Below are positions 60,755 to 64,000 of a stretch of 64,000 bases of DNA, piece after piece (the first letter of the stretch is position 1; the number at the start of each line of letters is the position of its first letter). The stretch covers positions 14,011 through 78,010 of the IMG/VR virus record IMGVR_UViG_3300029286_003706; one strand, given 5' to 3'. The stretch comes from a virus. The notes under the pieces are model-generated. The model was not told the DNA's origin, searched no databases, and was given only the letters and a program-made list of their open reading frames with translations. The translations under genes were made by a program, and so were the position numbers.

Positions 60755-60861
60755 AATTTTTGTTATTTTTATTAGTTAGACGTTATATTTATATAAGGTT
60801 ACAAAAACTTTTTGTTTTTTTATTAATATAAGTTTAAAAATAAATTTAAGGAGGAAAAATT

Positions 60862-61311
60862 ATGAAGAAATTTTTAATGATTATTGGCTTTTTATTTGTA
60901 TCTTTATTTACATTTTCACAAACAGATGATGGTCGTTCAATGAAACCGATTGTACAAGATGTGTATAGTTTTATTCAGACAGTTGAAAACAATGGAAATG
61001 AAATAGTTAAATTGGAATTTGATATTGTTACAACAGACACAAAAAATTCTTATAGGGTATTAACTAATAGTTGGACTTATAGAATTGTAGTCATGGGTGA
61101 TTATCGTTCAGAAGATATGGATTTGGAAGTTTACAAACAATTGGATGATGGTACATACGAATTTGTAACAAAAGATTCTAAAACTGAATCTTTTGCTGTT
61201 ATTGATATTACACCATCAAAAACAGCTTGGTATAAATTTGTTGTTAAATGTTATAAATTTAAACCCGGATATACTAGTTGTCATTATGGGTTAATAGTAT
61301 TTCATAATTAA
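60862..61311 (+). CDS. Secreted/periplasmic beta-sandwich protein
   Basis: Signal peptide MKKFLMIIGFLFVSLFTFS-Q; DMDLEVY; AGGAGG upstream. Confidence 0.65.
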   Translation: MKKFLMIIGFLFVSLFTFSQTDDGRSMKPIVQDVYSFIQTVENNGNEIVKLEFDIVTTDTKNSYRVLTNSWTYRIVVMGDYRSEDMDLEVYKQLDDGTYEFVTKDSKTESFAVIDITPSKTAWYKFVVKCYKFKPGYTSCHYGLIVFHN

Positions 61312-61497
61312 AATATGAAACCGAAAGATAAATATTTAGCGATAGTAGAACAAGAATATGATAATCCAGCTTATATAGTAGATGTCATAACACCGGATTT
61401 ACTTACTGATTTTATTAAATATTATGCTTTAAAATTAGAAAAAGAAAGTCGATATGATCCGTTTAAAGTTGTTAAAATTGTATAACGACCTAATGAT

Positions 61498-61785
61498 GTG
61501 TATTTTTATATAGATTATGGTGATGGTAAAGAACCAGTTTGTGCACACAGTTTTTCAATTTATAGAATTCAATCATTTAATAATTTTAACAAAGAAAAAA
61601 TGATCGATGTGGAATTTATAATTGATGTGGAATGGGTTAAAGAATTTGGTTTGAAATTGAAAAATTATAAGATGGAACCAAAAACATTAACAGATTTAAA
61701 TGAAAAAGAATTCAATGATTTAAAAGATAGTGGAATGTTATGGGAATTTTTTCCAAATGCACCAGAAAATTATGAACAAATATGA
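61498..61785 (+). CDS. Hypothetical protein
   Basis: Operon ORF, start uncertain. Confidence 0.5.
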   Translation: MYFYIDYGDGKEPVCAHSFSIYRIQSFNNFNKEKMIDVEFIIDVEWVKEFGLKLKNYKMEPKTLTDLNEKEFNDLKDSGMLWEFFPNAPENYEQI

Positions 61786-62102
61786 AAGATTTTGAAATAC
61801 AACCGGAACAACAAAACACTTGGGAACGTTTATATTTATCGCTAACAGGTAATTATGATGTGTCCACATGGAATAGTTGGGGAGAATATAAATCAAAATA
61901 TTGTGATATTGATTTTGTAAATAACAGATTAGTATTGGATATTGTGAAAATGAGAAATGAATGGAATATTCCAGATGATATTACCGAATTATCTTGTTCT
62001 TTAAAATTAGCAGATGATATGGCACATGAATGTGGAAAATTTGGAATATGTGCATTTTCTTTTATTGTCAATAGATTAATTGAATGGAAATATAAAAAAT
62101 AA
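61782..62102 (+). CDS. Hypothetical protein
   Basis: ATGA overlap with the previous gene. Confidence 0.6.
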   Translation: MKDFEIQPEQQNTWERLYLSLTGNYDVSTWNSWGEYKSKYCDIDFVNNRLVLDIVKMRNEWNIPDDITELSCSLKLADDMAHECGKFGICAFSFIVNRLIEWKYKK

Positions 62103-62111
62103 TTATAAAAT

Positions 62112-62453
62112 ATGAAAAAAGAAATAAAAAAGTTAAAATTTGAAAAAGTATTTAAGTCCTATAAGAAATTAGATGACATTGATAAAAATTTATTTTTAGA
62201 AAAACTCAATGATGAAATTACAATAGAGTTGGGTGATGAAGATGAATTAAAAATGGAATATGAATATTTGGATTTATTAAGAACAAGAACAGATATTGCA
62301 CAAAAAGTAATGAATATTAAAAATGAAGATGGTAAATCATTTTTTAATGTTGATTGGGTAGCGAAATATATTTTCCAATTCACAGAAGAAGATATTAAAG
62401 AATTGAAAGTTATTAACAAAGACATTAAAAAATCGAAAAAATCATCCAAATAA
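62112..62453 (+). CDS. Hypothetical protein whose C-terminal half resembles the end of T4-like portal proteins
   Basis: E..LLRTR.DIA...FFNVDWVAKYIFQFTEEDI. Confidence 0.5.
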   Translation: MKKEIKKLKFEKVFKSYKKLDDIDKNLFLEKLNDEITIELGDEDELKMEYEYLDLLRTRTDIAQKVMNIKNEDGKSFFNVDWVAKYIFQFTEEDIKELKVINKDIKKSKKSSK

Positions 62454-63100
62454 TGACTTATAACAAGACATGGGATTATTTTGCGGAAATCTATTGTATC
62501 AATTTGGACCGTCGCCAAGATAGATGGGAATTAGTTCAAAAGGAATTTGAAAGTGTTGGTGTATTAGATCGTGTGAAAAGGGTATCCGCTGTTGATAATC
62601 CAGATGGTAGAATAGGTTTAATTAAAAGTTTTCTAAAAATATTTCAAGATGTTAAAGAAAGAAATGTTGAAAATGTTCTTATTTTTGAGGATGATGTTCA
62701 TTTTATTCAAGAAAATAAACCAATTGAAATTTTAGAAAAAGCTATTAGTCAAGTTGGTAATATCGAATGGTCATTATTTTATTTGGGGGCAAATACTCAC
62801 GAAAGGTGTAATATTTTTAGACCAAATTTAATATTACTTAGAAATGCATTTTCAGCCCACGCTGTTGCATATAGTCGTAAAACTTATAATCAGATAATAA
62901 ATAAATTTGAGAACACAAATCAAATAAAAAGTATAAATGATATTAATGATGTATTTTTCTGTAACGAAATACAAAATAAAAGAACAAGTTTTTTGGTAAA
63001 TCCAATGATTGCAACACAAATTCCATCTTTCTCAGATTTGGAAAAGAAATTTGTAAACTATTCTTTTATTGAAGAAAGATTTGTAAATAACACAAAGTAA
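62453..63100 (+). CDS. Glycosyltransferase family 25
   Basis: YCINLDRRQDR, RVSAVD, LIFEDDV, FYLG, AHA. Confidence 0.88.
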   Translation: MTYNKTWDYFAEIYCINLDRRQDRWELVQKEFESVGVLDRVKRVSAVDNPDGRIGLIKSFLKIFQDVKERNVENVLIFEDDVHFIQENKPIEILEKAISQVGNIEWSLFYLGANTHERCNIFRPNLILLRNAFSAHAVAYSRKTYNQIINKFENTNQIKSINDINDVFFCNEIQNKRTSFLVNPMIATQIPSFSDLEKKFVNYSFIEERFVNNTK

Positions 63101-63565
63101 ATGAAATTTAGAGAAATATTAAATAAACATTGGTGGAAGTTGAATTATAAAATAAGTAATTACCAAATATATAAATTAAGAGAAAGTTTGGATATTGATG
63201 AAATAATAAAAAGAAATTTAACTGAACAAATAAGACAAAAATTTTATGAAAAAATTAAAATTGAAAAAACTGGAGATCAACAATATCCAAAAATAACAGA
63301 AGATGATGGTTTACATCCTTCTTTTAATCAAGAACCAACAACTGAATATAAAACCGAAATTATTATTTTAAACAAAGAAGATTTATTTGATTTATTCTAT
63401 TCTTTTAATCAATTATCTGAATCAGAAAAAGAAAGTGTTATGAAAAATTTAGCATTATCTGAAGAATATTATCTAAATCAAGTTAGAAGTGATAAATTAG
63501 ATAGTATTCTTATGGAAACTTGGGGTCAAGAAATTAATTTTCCACCCAGTTCAATTAATATATAA
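63101..63565 (+). CDS. Hypothetical protein
   Basis: 154-aa ORF abutting the GT25 gene. Confidence 0.6.
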   Translation: MKFREILNKHWWKLNYKISNYQIYKLRESLDIDEIIKRNLTEQIRQKFYEKIKIEKTGDQQYPKITEDDGLHPSFNQEPTTEYKTEIIILNKEDLFDLFYSFNQLSESEKESVMKNLALSEEYYLNQVRSDKLDSILMETWGQEINFPPSSINI

Positions 63566-63682
63566 AAATAAAAATTATATTATGGTTACACTACATTATT
63601 TTCTTAGACCAACTGCTCATTGTGCTAATGGTTGTTAGTTATCCCCACTAAAAAAGTGGGGAAATAAAAAAATCACAGATGA

Positions 63683-64000
63683 ATGTTTTTATCGTTAATT
63701 ATTTATTTATTGATTAATATTGGAATTACTATAATAATTACTCAAAGTAAATTATTTAAACCAATAAGAAATTATTTTTGTAAAATAAGTCCTAATTTTC
63801 TTGGTGTGCTTATTGGATGCACACTTTGTCTGGGCTTTTGGTCGGGCGTATTTACATCTTTATTTTTTCTAAGTCCTACTCTTATGGTAAATCCTTTGGT
63901 GTGGAAATTTTTATATCCTATATTTGATGGTGCTATTTCAAGTATAGTGTGTTTTACTTTTTATCTCTTGATTAAACCCCTTATGAATAAATTTGATTGA
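63683..64000 (+). CDS. Membrane protein (DUF1360-like)
   Basis: Hydrophobic helices with LF.PIR and LIGCTLCLGFW. Confidence 0.65.
   Translation: MFLSLIIYLLINIGITIIITQSKLFKPIRNYFCKISPNFLGVLIGCTLCLGFWSGVFTSLFFLSPTLMVNPLVWKFLYPIFDGAISSIVCFTFYLLIKPLMNKFD

Noticed and set aside
389-62518. Many short antisense or alternate-frame ORFs in the track (e.g. 389, 6848, 16117, 17659, 24175, 38184, 41872, 53381, 62159)
   Set aside because: They overlap better-supported genes, have the F/I/L/S-rich composition of antisense frames and lack promoter or leader signals
1-64000. Stop-codon reassignment (TAG or TGA), as in some huge phages
   Set aside because: Long conserved genes (uvsW, rtcB, prs, the 1388-aa ORF) are intact in code 11, and TGA/TAG end genes at sensible boundaries; the few interruptions are isolated
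1-64000. Bacterial chromosome or eukaryotic giant-virus origin
   Set aside because: T4-like UvsW/UvsY/neck genes, a sigma factor, intrinsic terminators, bacterial promoters and a high density of small unknown ORFs fit a large bacteriophage

Overview
Very AT-rich, densely coding segment of a large tailed-phage (jumbo/huge, distantly T4-like) genome in the standard genetic code. Repeated TAnnTTTG promoter elements point to a Bacteroidota host. Recognisable genes: UvsW helicase, UvsY-like mediator, gp13-like neck protein, large probable virion proteins, sigma factor, RtcB, ATP-dependent ligase domain, RNase HI, Prs, MTA/SAH nucleosidase, radical SAM enzyme, metallophosphoesterase, M28-like peptidase, three glycosyltransferases, PspC and six putative homing endonucleases/GIY-YIG nucleases. 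The strongest unexplained signals are: (1) about 18 unrelated ORFs sharing an N-terminal leader like the T4 capsid-targeting sequence (M..K.F..F(I/L).E), among them six ADP-ribosyltransferase-fold proteins, a nucleotidyltransferase, a cysteine hydrolase and a cupin, which suggests a large virion-packaged effector set; (2) a ~300-nt GC-enriched structured non-coding region with promoter and terminator, convergent on a minimal family-A-like polymerase; (3) three distinct promoter motif classes. All calls come from reading motifs by eye; no searches or folding programs were run.
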